64,000 bases of DNA. Source: Octopus sinensis. Its lineage: Eukaryota. A program made the translations under genes and the position numbers. The stretch lies in the NCBI RefSeq assembly GCF_006345805.1, contig NC_042998.1, positions 121,768,001-121,832,000 on the forward strand, in the 5' to 3' direction. The notes under the pieces are model-generated. The model saw only the letters and a list, made by a program, of their open reading frames with translations, was not told the origin of the DNA and did no database searches. Positions 13,001-23,982 of this stretch are shown here, piece by piece; positions within the stretch are counted from its first letter, which is position 1, and every line of letters begins with the position of its first letter.

Positions 13001-13490
13001 CCTGTACTTTTAGAAACTCAAGGGAGTGCCAAGTGAAGAATGGACACAACATTTTCTTTATATTTTTATCTTTATATTTTATTTTTTTCCCTTTCTTTCT
13101 TTCTCATTTTCAAGATCACATAGTACATGTATGTATGAAAGTTTATGAAAATGTACACACACAATAGGTTCCTCCATATGTGTGTATATATATATATGTA
13201 TATATATGTTCATTTGTAGGGATATATGTGTGGGTGTACATAGCAACACACCTACTATTGAAAAACAAACCCTCTTTTTCCTTCTCTCTTTCCATTTCTT
13301 ACAAGGGTCATCCCAAAAATACAAAAAGACCCCAAAAAAGAAAAAAATACAGTTTTAAAACACCCCCACATATTCTCTCTCTTTCACCTTCTCCTTCCCT
13401 CCTATTCTCCATTATATACACACACACACACTCTCTCTCTCCCCACTTCATTTACCAATAATATAAATACAGGCAAAAATTTTTAAACTG

Positions 13491-13535
13491 ACATTTCTGA
13501 TGAAACTACAAGAGTAGTTGAAAGCGCTAATATGA
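13491..13535 (+). ncRNA. Minimal type I hammerhead ribozyme
   Basis: ACATTT-CTGATGA-AACTAC-AAGA-GTAGTT-GAAA-GCGC-TA-ATATG: full CUGAUGA/GAAA core, perfect 6-bp stem II, palindromic AGCGCT stem III, UA cleavage site, stem I 4 of 5 pairs. Located ~75 nt before the PLE 3' end. Confidence 0.8.
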
Positions 13536-13612
13536 AGTAGTAATATATGATATGTAAATAAATATATATTTTTACAACCATCCAGCATTCTGAACATCTT
13601 TTTCCTTTGATA

Positions 13613-14047
13613 TCATCATCGTTTAACGTCTGCTTTCCATGCTAGCATGGGTTGGACGGTTCAACTGGGGTCTGACAAGCCCGAAGGCTGCACCAGGCCA
13701 GTCAGATCTGGCAGTGTTTCTACAGCTGGATGCCCTTCCTAACGCCAACCACTCCGAGTGTGTAGTGGGTGATTTTATGTGCCACCAACACAGGTGCCAG
13801 ACGAGGCTGGCAGACGGCCACGCTCGGATGGTGTTTTTTATGTGCCACCGACACAGGTGCCAGACGAGGCTGGCAGACGGCTATGCTCGGATGGTGTTTT
13901 TTATGTGCCACCAACACAGGTGCCAGACGAGGCTGGCAGATGGCCACGCTCAGATGGTGTTTTCTTATGTGTCACCGACACAGGTGCCAGACGAAGCTTG
14001 CGAACGGCCACGCTCGGATGGTGTTTGTTACGTGCCCTCAGCACGGA
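13613..14047 (-). mobile_element. SINE-like element with RTE-type tail and four internal 63-bp repeats
   Basis: Same family as 5826-6162. The unit TTTTATGTGCCACC...GGATGGTGTT repeats at 13773, 13836 and onward. Confidence 0.75.
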
Positions 14048-14059
14048 ATCACCCCCAAT

Positions 14060-14861
14060 CAATGTTTAATTTGTATATATGAAAGTAGTTTTAGAGACAG
14101 AATCACCTTCAACTCAATCAACACTGAAAGATTTTATACCCTACCAATCAATAAAATGTTAAATATTAAATTTTATACTAACTATATCTATTCTGAATCC
14201 TGTATTTACCGTTTATAAGACTACATGTGTTTCATGAAAGTACGTCGGTATTGATTAGATACGAGGTATCTATTTTCAATACTTACTCCTGGTCGACACA
14301 CTTCCAATCTTCAGGTCCGGATTCCTCAACATTATTTACTATCACTACATCTTATATACTTGTATGATACTCTATATCTTCAATATAATCTTACTTAGCA
14401 TATACAAATAAATAGAAATACAAATAATAAATAAAAAGATACAAATAATAAATAAAAATAATTGAAAATCAAAAATTTAAGGAATAAAAATTCCAGGAAT
14501 AAACATTTAGGGAAAAAAATTTAAAGAGAAAAAATACGAGTAAAAATTCTGAATGAAAGTTACGAATAACGAATAAAGAATTGCGAACAAATAAATACGA
14601 AATAAAAAATAGAGATAAAAATAATACGATGTTAACTTATCTTTTCTTTCCTCGGCGAAAATTAGACATAGCTACATCCTGAAAATAAGGTAAAATCCGC
14701 ATTTAATAATACATATGTATAGCAGGTACTACAAATAAATGTCAAAAGGTTCTACTGGTGTATCTATTCCTTTATATAGTACTGTCAGTGGAACCGGAAC
14801 AAGCCACTTTTATTTTTGTTTATTTTATTTAATCTATGTATTATTGCAAACAACCAATCTA
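14060..14861. repeat. Single copy of the ~806-bp AT-rich unit that is amplified at 34811-36926
   Basis: Colinear match to 35404-36209. Confidence 0.85.
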
Positions 14862-15711
14862 TTGATTGAGTTGAAGGTGGTTCTGTCTCTAAAACTACTT
14901 TTATTCTTTTTTTATATATACATAGTAGAAGAATCTGAACCCTTGAAAGGGATGTTTCCTGAGGAAAGCTTAATTTGTGATTTCAAAAGGATTATATTTT
15001 CCTCAAAATTATGAGGGAAAAACATGGATCTTGTGAATCTTGTGAATTTTCTGAAGTCCTCTCCCACCCCATTGCTTTCCGCACATTTTTGTTTTCAGAT
15101 CTTGCGAATTTTCCAAAGGCCTCTCCCCACCTGTTGCTTTCCAGGCATTTTTGCTTTCATATTCATTTCCTACACCTTTTTTTTACACCTGTTACACTAT
15201 ATTTTTGATTACGTTTCCAGGTAATAATATCAACATTAAACCCCGATTTTTTTTTTGTAGATTCAGAATCTTCACAGTTGAAAAGGAGGGTTTCTGTAGA
15301 AAAAAAACAAAAACAAAAAACAAAACAAAATATTTTACCCTCCTTTTTTATCCTTTCCTTTCTCCCTGAGTATTCAAAAATGTAAACATCCTTTTTATTG
15401 CAAAAACACAACAGTCTTTTCTGATCAGACATACAAACGAACATCTCTAGAAAATTTAAAACTTTAGTATCTACAATTTTGTGTGAAAGTTTCACCTTTC
15501 TTTTCTCCCTGACTACCCAAATATGTAAACATAACTTTTATTGCAACAACGCAATTAATTGCACAATAAAAAAAATTAAGGAGGTAAGCACCTGCCAATA
15601 TATACAAACTTCACAATTACAAAAACTGTAAACCACAGTAAAACTTATAACAAGAAAATAATTTAAAAAATCAGAAATTCAAAAATTCAACAATGTGAAC
15701 ATCAGTATATA

Positions 15712-16075
15712 TCATCATCATCATCATGGTTTAACGTCTGCTTTCCATGCTTGCATAGGTTGGACGGTTTGACTGAGGACTGGTGAGCCAGAAAGCTGCA
15801 CCAGGCTCAATCTGATTTGGCAAAGTTTCTACAGTTGGATTCCTTTCCTAATACCAACCACTCCAAGAGTGTAGTGGGTACTTTTACATGGCAACGACCA
15901 CACTCAATAGGTTGGACCAGAGCTGGCAAGCTGGAAAAGCTTCGCCAAGTTCTATTCTGATTTGGCTTGGTTTCGATGGCTGGATGCCCTTCTTTATGCC
16001 AACCACATTACAATGTGTGCTGGGTGCTTTTAATGTGGCACTGGTACAAGTACTTTTATGTGGAACTAGTGCATG
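15712..16075 (-). mobile_element. Older SINE with RTE-type tail
   Basis: (CAT)n-GGTTTAACGTCTGCTTTCCATGCTTGCATAGGTTGGACGG, with an internal repeat of the GCTGGATGCCC..CCAACCAC module. Confidence 0.65.
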
Positions 16076-16450
16076 ACTCTTGCAGTCGCATCTTCTTTAC
16101 CAGGGTGAGTGATCTTATTAAAAGGCAAAGTTGATCTTCGCAGATTTTGAACTCCATGTAAAGATGGTTGAAATACCCTTAAGCATTTTCTCCAACTTGC
16201 TAGAGATTCTGCCAGTTTGCTGCACTGTTCTCTCACTCAACAGTAATAACAGACACAATGATAAAGCATATTTTATTTTATTATCATCATTGCAGGAAAA
16301 GCCTCTCCATAATTTTCTGGAATATCTTTGTAAAGAAATGGCTAAGTATATACACAGAAAATTGTATTTGTTAGTGTAGAATAATAGAATTTTTCAGAAA
16401 TTAAATCAATCTGACAATACCATTCACATAATACACAGTAAGTGGGTTTA

Positions 16451-16868
16451 TCATCATCTTGTGTTTTAAGGTCCACTTTTCTACACTTGCATAGGTCAGA
16501 GAATATATTGAGGCAGATTTTCTATGGCTGGATGCCCTTCTTGTCACCAACATTCACCTGTTTCCAAGTAAAGTAATGTTACCCCAAGGTCAGACATGTT
16601 CTTGCAGAATATTGGAAATTAATGACATTGCTTGTGTGGAAGAAGGCACTTATTTACAACTGTCATAAAATGTCAAAATGGGGAGATCTGAGCATTTACA
16701 CATTAACACACACACAAGTCTTCTTTCAGTTTCCTTCTACCAAATCCACTCACAAAGCTTTGTTTAACTGAGGGCTATTTTTGTAGATATTTGTCCAAGG
16801 TGCCATACAATTGGACTGAACCTGAAACCATGTGGTTGGGAAGCAAACTTCTTCACCACACAGCCACA
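16451..16868 (-). mobile_element. tRNA-derived SINE with RTE-type tail
   Basis: Minus-strand head TGTGGCTGTGTGGTGAAGAAG...GGTTCAGTCC (A/B-box-like). Tail ...GTGGACCTTAAAAC..GATGATGA. Confidence 0.65.
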
Positions 16869-16916
16869 TTGGAACTTATACACACACACACATGCTGATA
16901 TATATATATATATATC

Positions 16917-17180
16917 AATGGAACAGCCTGCTCATGAAATTAATGTGCATGAGGCTGAGCACTCTACAGACACATGTTCCTTTAACGTAGTTCTCAGTGC
17001 GATTTAGCATGACAAAGAATGTGGCAAGGCTGGCCCTTTGAAATACAGGAACTACTCATTTTTGTAGACTGGAGCAGCATGAAATAAAGTGTCTTGCTCA
17101 AGGACACAATATCACATCAGGAATTGAACTCACGACCTTACACTTGTAAGCCAAATACCCTAACCACTAAGTGGCATGTC
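16917..17180 (-). mobile_element. tRNA-derived SINE
   Basis: Minus-strand head CACTTAGTGGTTAGGG...GAGTTCAATTCC followed by TGTGTCCTTGAGCAAGACAC. Confidence 0.65.
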
Positions 17181-17265
17181 TTCATGATACACACACATGC
17201 ACACGCACACACACATATGTACATGTGTATATAAAAATAGTATCACAAACCTCATTATCAGTAAG

Positions 17266-17582
17266 TTCTACTATAGGTACAAAGCCTGAAATTTGGTGGA
17301 GAGGATTAGGCAATTACATTGACTCCAGTACTTGACTGGTGCTTATTTTATTGACACTAAAAGGAAGAAAGGCAGATTCTGTGGAGTATACAGTATATTC
17401 CCTCCCTGGATGGGATACCAGTCTGTTGCAGAATTACTCATTTTTGCCAGCTGAGTGGACTGGGACAATGTGAAATGAAGTGTTTTGCTCAAGAACACAA
17501 TGCATCACCCAGTTCAGGAATCAAAACCACAATCTTATGATCATGAATTGTTGAACACCCCAACCACTAAACCACGTGCCTC
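17266..17582 (-). mobile_element. Two adjacent decayed SINE fragments
   Basis: 17266-17376 matches the family arrayed at 59.3-63 kb. 17395-17582 has a tRNA-like head and a GTGTTCTTGAGCAAAACAC motif. Confidence 0.55.
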
Positions 17583-18053
17583 TACATATATGTGTATATG
17601 TGTGAGTGCACACACACATATATGTATGTATGTTATGTATATATGTATTCTTTTATATTATTTTACTTGTTTTAGTTACTGACTGTGGCCATGCTTGTGC
17701 ACCATCTGTATAACTAATAGTATTTCTATGGAGCTGCTTTTTTTTTTATAGTTAGCTTTTTGTGAATGAGGAAGTTTGATGTAGTGGATTCATTTGCATT
17801 TCTTGCCATGACATTGGCTCATCTGGGATAATAGTTGAATATCCAGACAATTTTTTAAAATACTTGCATCCATCTTGGCAAGATACTGAAAAGCTTTGGG
17901 TCTTTAAGCCCTAAGTTGCTATGAGAAACGTAGGACCTTTACGGCTCTGCAGGGAAGGATTAGTATAACTTTAGGATTCTCTAGTTAAGGGATTGGTATA
18001 GCTCTCAATACTGAAGTTTGGTGTGACCCTCAAGGATTTTCTATATATAAATC

Positions 18054-18096
<43 letters not shown>

Positions 18097-18219
18097 CCTT
18101 CTTTGTCTACTTTCCAAAGAATGGAGTCTTAGTGCTTTCAATCCATTCTGGTTGCTCAGCTTTTGTTTTGAGGCTATTTTCTTCATGTAGTATCACTGGA
18201 TTGCTTTTAGTTTTACAGT

Positions 18220-19567
18220 CAGTTTAATACTTTTTGGCAATCATAGTTGCAAGCATAGTCCAGACATCTGAAGAGAAATGTTTTCCATAAATGCAGCATG
18301 CTTTCTTGCTCTACCATACAAAATGATTTCAAAATCCATCCTGTCAGTCTTTTGCACATCATTGCCATCTTGTTAATGTGTACATGAAAAAATGCAACAT
18401 TACTCATATTTATTCCCAGTCATGCTCTGACTGTGACCCTGGAATTGCAATCCCTCAAGGTCCTGTGCATTCTGGATGTGATGTGTTTGTGGGCTAATAG
18501 TAATGATCTTTCCAGTGTTAAATTGCATGTTATTTTCTTTAGCCCACTTGTAGATTGCATTGAGGTCTTTCTATAGTTTTGGGGCTATACCAGTGTTTTT
18601 AATTGCCTGTGATACTTTTTATCATTGGCATAGCTGTTGAGCGTGATTATTCGTATAACTGAAGGCATGTCTGATAGAACTAGTATAAACAGCTATGGCC
18701 AAAAATCAGTTTTCTGGGATGCTCCATTCAAAATCAGTGTTTCTTTTGAGAGAGCACCATTAGCATCAGCTATTTGACTTTTACCTCTTAAAAGGCCATG
18801 CAACCCACTCTCCTAATTTCCCAATTATGTCAAGATCACACAGTTTATAACACATATCCCATGATCAACTTCACTGAAGGCCTTTTTGAAAGTCAAAATA
18901 TACCATGTATACATTTATGTAGTTGTTCCTAGTTATAGTATTATGGCAGCTGTATAAAGTAGTTTCTTCTTGAGTGAAAGCCTTGCTGAAAATTAGTCAG
19001 TAACTCATTTTCTTCTAAGAACCTGATTTGTTTCTCTCTGATAATTCATTCTATGACTTTGCAGACATATGAAGTAGAGAGAGGCCTAACTTTTAATATC
19101 TGCCTTGTTTCCTCTTTTATGAACAAAGCATGTTATGTTTTTAACTTATCTGGAGATTTCTTTCTTGCCAAGAAAGTTTGAAAAGGCATCTAGAGTGGCT
19201 TGACAAAAGCCTGATAATATGCTTTTTCTGAGGATTGTTGGGAATCCACCAGGGCCTATTGCTGAGTTTAAGCTCATTCCATCTATAGTTGATATTACAT
19301 CTTCCTCGTTTATGTTGATGCAACTGTTACTTGCTGTGGTGTCAAAGAACTGATCTACATGTTTCCTAACCAAAAGGGCAAAATATTGGATAGAGTTCAA
19401 GTGCTCCTTTTACTTTGGACTTTACAGTGTAGGTTCTGGAATGTATTTAATGAATTATTGACATAAATTGCTCAAGTTTTATGCTTTTGTTTTGCATAGA
19501 GAAACTTTCAAGTGTGTTCTGTTTGAGAATCTCTCTTTGAATTAACTTCCAGTCAGCTTTATGAAAT
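18220..19567 (-). pseudogene. Old, heavily decayed CR1-group LINE fragment
   Basis: MCKRLTGWILKSF..LWKTFL..LDY resembles ARKFSGWILRTF..LWNS..IDY in the young CR1. A YFDFQKAFSEVDHG-like RT motif is at ~18860-18900. Confidence 0.7.
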
Positions 19568-19577
19568 TGCTTTGTTG

Positions 19578-19729
19578 CATTCTACCTGTTCTTATGTTCT
19601 GAGTTCAAATTCCACCAAGGTTGACTTTGCCTTTCATGGTCAATAGAATAAGTACTGGGATTGATGTAATCGACTATCCCCCTTCCACAAAATTTCAGGT
19701 CTTGTGCCTATTGTAGAAAGGATTATATT
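19578..19729 (+). mobile_element. tRNA-derived SINE (family of the 59-63 kb array), 5'-truncated
   Basis: GTTCTGAGTTCAAATTCC B-box, GACTTTGCCTTTCAT core, tail CTTGTGCCTATTGTAGAAAGGATTAT. Confidence 0.7.
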
Positions 19730-19884
19730 AATCCCTGCAAAAACTGGCTTTGTGTTCAATGCTTACTTTTGGTGGCCTAAATCGTATTGAACCCTCTCTG
19801 AACATCTGTGCTTATTTTTCTTTATGACTGTCTCCTAATGTGTCTTATTCTCTACACCTGATACTCAGAGTTTGGAGAATAACA

Positions 19885-22800
19885 CATTTCATTTCATTTC
19901 ATTTCATTTGAGTTTGAGTCCATGCTCAGGCCAAGTCGAAGACTCCACCCTCAGAGTCTGGTGTGGTTGCCAGGTTGTATTCTCTGTTTAATTTTGACAT
20001 GTGTAGGAGCGAGTTTGAGTCAGTTTGTGCTCGTTGTGTATATCCTGGGAGATGGGGTTCATCTCTAATGGTGCTTAAGTATCTATCCAGCTGCAATTTG
20101 AATGATTCCACACTGCATCCTGATAGATTTCTGACATGTACCGGAATGGAGTTGAATAGTTGTGCTCCTCAAACCAACAGACTTGACTCTCGCAGGGTTT
20201 TTGCTGCCTGGCCAGCCTTTTTGTTGATTGGTGGTAGCTGGCAGTGTCTTCCGTGGCGCAGTGAGTGGTAGGTTTTGATACCAAAGTTTGGCACCTTTTG
20301 CTCTATCATTTTCCAAATGTATATAATTCGGTATCGCTCAAATCTTCTTTCTATTGAGTACATCTTCAAGGTTTTGAGTCTTTGCCAATAGTCCAGGTCC
20401 CTCGTTTCTGAGAAGTATGAGGTAAAATTTCTTTGGAGCGATTCCATCTTAGATAGTTGGCCCTTTGTTGTTGGTGACCACAACTGAGAACAGTAGTCAA
20501 TCCTTGGAAGTATCATACTGTTCCAGAGGGTTTTCATTGTTGAGGTATCTCTTGATTTGAAGGTGCGCAAGATCCACCCGCTGAACTTTCTTGCAGTAAG
20601 ACAGACTGAGTCAAGGTGTTCTCTGAATTTTAGGCTGGTTACCATGTGGATGCCTAAATCTTTCACACACTGTTTTTCCATTATTTGTTGTCCTGATGGG
20701 TTTCTGTAGTTTGTTGTATTTTTCAGATCTTGATCTGTTCCGTAGCAAATTAGTTCAAACTTCTTATCATTGAACAACATGTTGTTTGTTTCCTGCCATT
20801 TATATATGGTGGTCAGGTCCTTTTGTAAGGCCTCTGTATCCACCTCGTCTTTGATTTGTCTCATGACCCTGGTGTCATCAGCAAAGGATGAGATGTTGCT
20901 GGTTGTATCTTCATCTATGTCAGAAATGAGGATGAGAAACAGGATTGGGCCGAGTACTGTACCCTGGGGAACACTGCTGGTCACAGGTGATGGTGTTGAA
21001 TGGGTTCCATTCACAGTGACTGTTTGAGTTCTATTTGTAAGGAACTCATGTATCCATGTACCAACTTTTCCTCCTACTCCTAGCTTTCGAAGTTTGTGAC
21101 CCAGGATGCCATGATCTACCTTGTCAAATGCCTTGGCAAAGTCGAGGTAAATAACATCTGTGTTGTATCCATTCTCTAGATTTTCTAGGATTTGGTCATG
21201 GTGTGCCAGTAGTTGGGAAAGACATGATCTACCTAACCTGAATCCATGCTGGTTGCAATTCATCAGATTGTTAGATTCCAGGAACTCAACCAGTTTTCCA
21301 CGAACTATTCTTTCGAAGACCTTGATAATGTGTGATGTCAGTGAGATTGGTCGGTAGTTCTTTGGTTTTGATTTGCTGTCCCCTTTATGTATTGGAGTTA
21401 TGTGTGCTTCTTTATATGTATTTGGTATTTTGCCATTCTCCATAGATTCCCTCCATATCATGTAAAGGGGCTTCAACAATTGTACCTTGCAGTTTTTAAG
21501 TATCATGGCATTGAAACCGTCAGGCCCTGCAGCCGAGTGCATGGAGAGCTTGTCTATGGCTCTTTCTATGTCTTCTGGGTTGAAATCAATGTCGGATAGG
21601 GTAGATTTAGTATGGTCGATATCCTTGAAGAATTTTCCTGGGTCATGGATCTTCATGGTTTTAGATGGCTCACTGAAGACACTTTCATACTGTTGACCCA
21701 ACATTTCTGCCATTTCAATAGGGTTATTCACTACATCCCCATTTTGTCTCTGGAGAGGTCCTATTGTTGACTTGGTATTCGAGTATTTCTTTGCAAAACT
21801 GTAGAAACATTTTGGATTTTTCTTGATGTTTTCTATGGCTCTCTTTTCTGCATTGTTACATTCTTCATCATAGTGTTGTTTTAGATTGTCTTCTAATCTG
21901 TATATTTGGTCAAGGACTTTCTGTAATTCATGTTTTGATGTCAGCTTAGATGTTTTGTTTCTTAGTCTTGACCTTTTGCGCATCAGGATCTTTCGCTCCC
22001 GTGGTACAGGTTTTTTTGTGGATTTGGTTTTCTTAAGAGGAATATTTTTTGCACATATTTCTTCGATCTTGTTTAAGAATTTCTTGTGTTTATCTGGCCC
22101 AGTAAGGTAGAGATCCCAGTCAATGATTTGTAACTGGTTGTTAATAGTTTCCCAATTTGCCTGGTGATAATCATACCTGCATAGCTTTGGCATGTCCTTT
22201 TGTTTAAGAGTTGTGGCATTGGGCTCATTACCAATGTGTAAATGCATTTCAATAATATTGTGGTCTGAGAGGATTGTTGGGGTTGAGTGAAGGTCAAATA
22301 GCGTGTCCTCGTTGTTGGTGAAAACCAAGTCGATCGTATTATTATTTCTTGTTGCTTCTGTCATCATTTGTTTGAGGTATAATTTCTCTGTGACTTCCAA
22401 CAGTTTGGCTGCCTGTATTTGTTCAGCTTTTGTCCCCAGTTTTAGTATGTGTCCATGTGGCCAGATGATGTTAGGGAAGTTGAAGTCACCAAGGAGGATA
22501 ATGTCTGGCATTGGACTCGCCATGTTTCCCAGAATTTGTTGGAGCTTTGTCAGTGGCTCAGTGAAGGATAATGTTGGGCTGTTTGGAGGTCTGTACATTA
22601 TTGTTACAACTGTATTAAGTTGGATGATTTTTATGCACAGCAGGTTGCAGTAGGCATTTGATTCATTGACAAGTTCTATGCATGCAAGGTATCATGGATA
22701 TACATGATAACGCCCCCATGGGATCTGCCTTGTCTATCACATCTGAAGATGTTGAATCTATTGATTGTGATTTCGCTGTTGCGGATGTTTTCGTTGAGAT

Positions 22801-23145
22801 GACTTTCAGTAATTCCAATTATTTTGGAGTTGTTTTCTGTTGCTAATTCTTCCAAGAAAGGGACTTTGCACTGTTTTGTTTTCGGATAAAGACCCTGGAT
22901 ATTTGCTGTTATTATGCTTGTTGTACCGAATACATCTGCCCTATTGTTGGCAAGACTGTTGTAGTTGCTGGGACTGTGCTGACTGGATATTCGGTCTGCT
23001 GGGCTGTCTGTATTTGTTGTATGTGCCCTGTAAGTCCAGGTGTCAGCCTTTGTATCAATGTTGCCTGATTTTGCTGAGTCATCTGTATGGAGTACAGCTG
23101 TTGTAGTTGGAGTTAAAAAGAAACATAATAGGGTTTCTTTTTAAT
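19885..23145 (-). mobile_element. Young CR1-group (CR1/Crack/Daphne-like) LINE, 5'-truncated inside ORF1, with (AAATG)n tail
   Basis: APE motifs (ANIQGL, ITESHL, YRPP, LGDFNFP, DLVF, SDHN) and RT motifs (YRPISLTS, YLDFAKAFDKVDH, VPQGTVLGP, FADDT). (CATTT)5 at 19885-19909. Confidence 0.93.
20169..22598 (-). CDS. ORF2 APE-RT, 809-aa uninterrupted core
   Basis: Provided ORF. It continues in frame past a TGA (probable CGA>TGA) at 20169-20171 to 19926. The N-terminal APE part lies upstream of one frameshift near 22680. Confidence 0.88.
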   Translation of the reverse strand: MYRPPNSPTLSFTEPLTKLQQILGNMASPMPDIILLGDFNFPNIIWPHGHILKLGTKAEQIQAAKLLEVTEKLYLKQMMTEATRNNNTIDLVFTNNEDTLFDLHSTPTILSDHNIIEMHLHIGNEPNATTLKQKDMPKLCRYDYHQANWETINNQLQIIDWDLYLTGPDKHKKFLNKIEEICAKNIPLKKTKSTKKPVPRERKILMRKRSRLRNKTSKLTSKHELQKVLDQIYRLEDNLKQHYDEECNNAEKRAIENIKKNPKCFYSFAKKYSNTKSTIGPLQRQNGDVVNNPIEMAEMLGQQYESVFSEPSKTMKIHDPGKFFKDIDHTKSTLSDIDFNPEDIERAIDKLSMHSAAGPDGFNAMILKNCKVQLLKPLYMIWRESMENGKIPNTYKEAHITPIHKGDSKSKPKNYRPISLTSHIIKVFERIVRGKLVEFLESNNLMNCNQHGFRLGRSCLSQLLAHHDQILENLENGYNTDVIYLDFAKAFDKVDHGILGHKLRKLGVGGKVGTWIHEFLTNRTQTVTVNGTHSTPSPVTSSVPQGTVLGPILFLILISDIDEDTTSNISSFADDTRVMRQIKDEVDTEALQKDLTTIYKWQETNNMLFNDKKFELICYGTDQDLKNTTNYRNPSGQQIMEKQCVKDLGIHMVTSLKFREHLDSVCLTARKFSGWILRTFKSRDTSTMKTLWNSMILPRIDYCSQLWSPTTKGQLSKMESLQRNFTSYFSETRDLDYWQRLKTLKMYSIERRFERYRIIYIWKMIEQKVPNFGIKTYHSLRHGRHCQLPPINKKAGQAAKTLRESSLLV

Positions 23146-23798
23146 TACAGTCTCCTTTATTTTTTTAATCTTTTCTAAAATATAATTCTTCTGGAAATTC
23201 TTCATTCACATGCTTATCCATCAAATTCTAAACTGCAACAATAAAAAAAAGATGCATTAGTATTCGAAAATGTAAACATCCTGGCAGGAGGGGACATGGA
23301 CAACACCCACTTTCGTTTTTCTTTTGTTTTTTATTTTTTCCACAGAACCCACCTTTTCGACTATGGAGATTCTGAATCTGCAAAAAAAAAAAAAAAAAAA
23401 AAAAAATCAGAATTTCAAAATTTCAAAATTTTGAAATACTGATTTTGGTTAATGTTGACATTATAACCCGGAAACAAAATTGAAAAAAAAAATAGTGCAA
23501 CGGGTGTAAAAAAAGGTGTATCTTTTACCTACCTCTTAAAAATCACTAGTTTTCAAATGGTATCCAATGTTTTCACTTCCCTTTAGCAAGTATTCGTACC
23601 GAAATTTTAATCAGGTAAACTAATACGTTTCAATTTTATGTAGAGAGAGGGAGAAAGAGACACATCTTTCATGTAATTTACTTTGTGTAGCTCAACCTCC
23701 AATGGCATAGCAATGTCATGGGTCAAATGGAGTGAGTGAGTGAGTGAATGATTTCATATATATACACATGTGTGTGTTTATATGCGTGAGTGAGTGTG

Positions 23799-23868
<70 letters not shown>

Positions 23869-23937
23869 CAAGAAAAAAGATGTTCAGAATGCTGGATGTT
23901 TGTAAAAATAAATATTTACATATCATATATTATTACT

Positions 23938-23982
23938 TCATATTAGCTCTTTCAACTACTCCTATAGTTTCATCAGAAATAT
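23938..23982 (-). ncRNA. Minimal type I hammerhead ribozyme, decayed copy
   Basis: Minus strand: ATATTT-CTGATGA-AACTAT-AGGA-GTAGTT-GAAA-GAGC-TA-ATATG. Confidence 0.6.

Larger units (their letters stand above)
9569..13610 (+). mobile_element. Penelope-like element family 1, forward copy with ~1.4-kb 5' extension (block 1 right, B1R)
   Basis: Same RT and GIY-YIG motifs on + (11016-12679, frameshifted). Has a 482-bp internal deletion at ~10997 relative to 31404-31885. The 3' region runs to ...AACATCTTTTTCCTT. Confidence 0.93.

Noticed and set aside
23160-23525. Inverted similarity to ~15170-15530 as part of the duplication
   Set aside because: Much more diverged than the block pairs. More likely two old copies of a dispersed repeat that I cannot classify.
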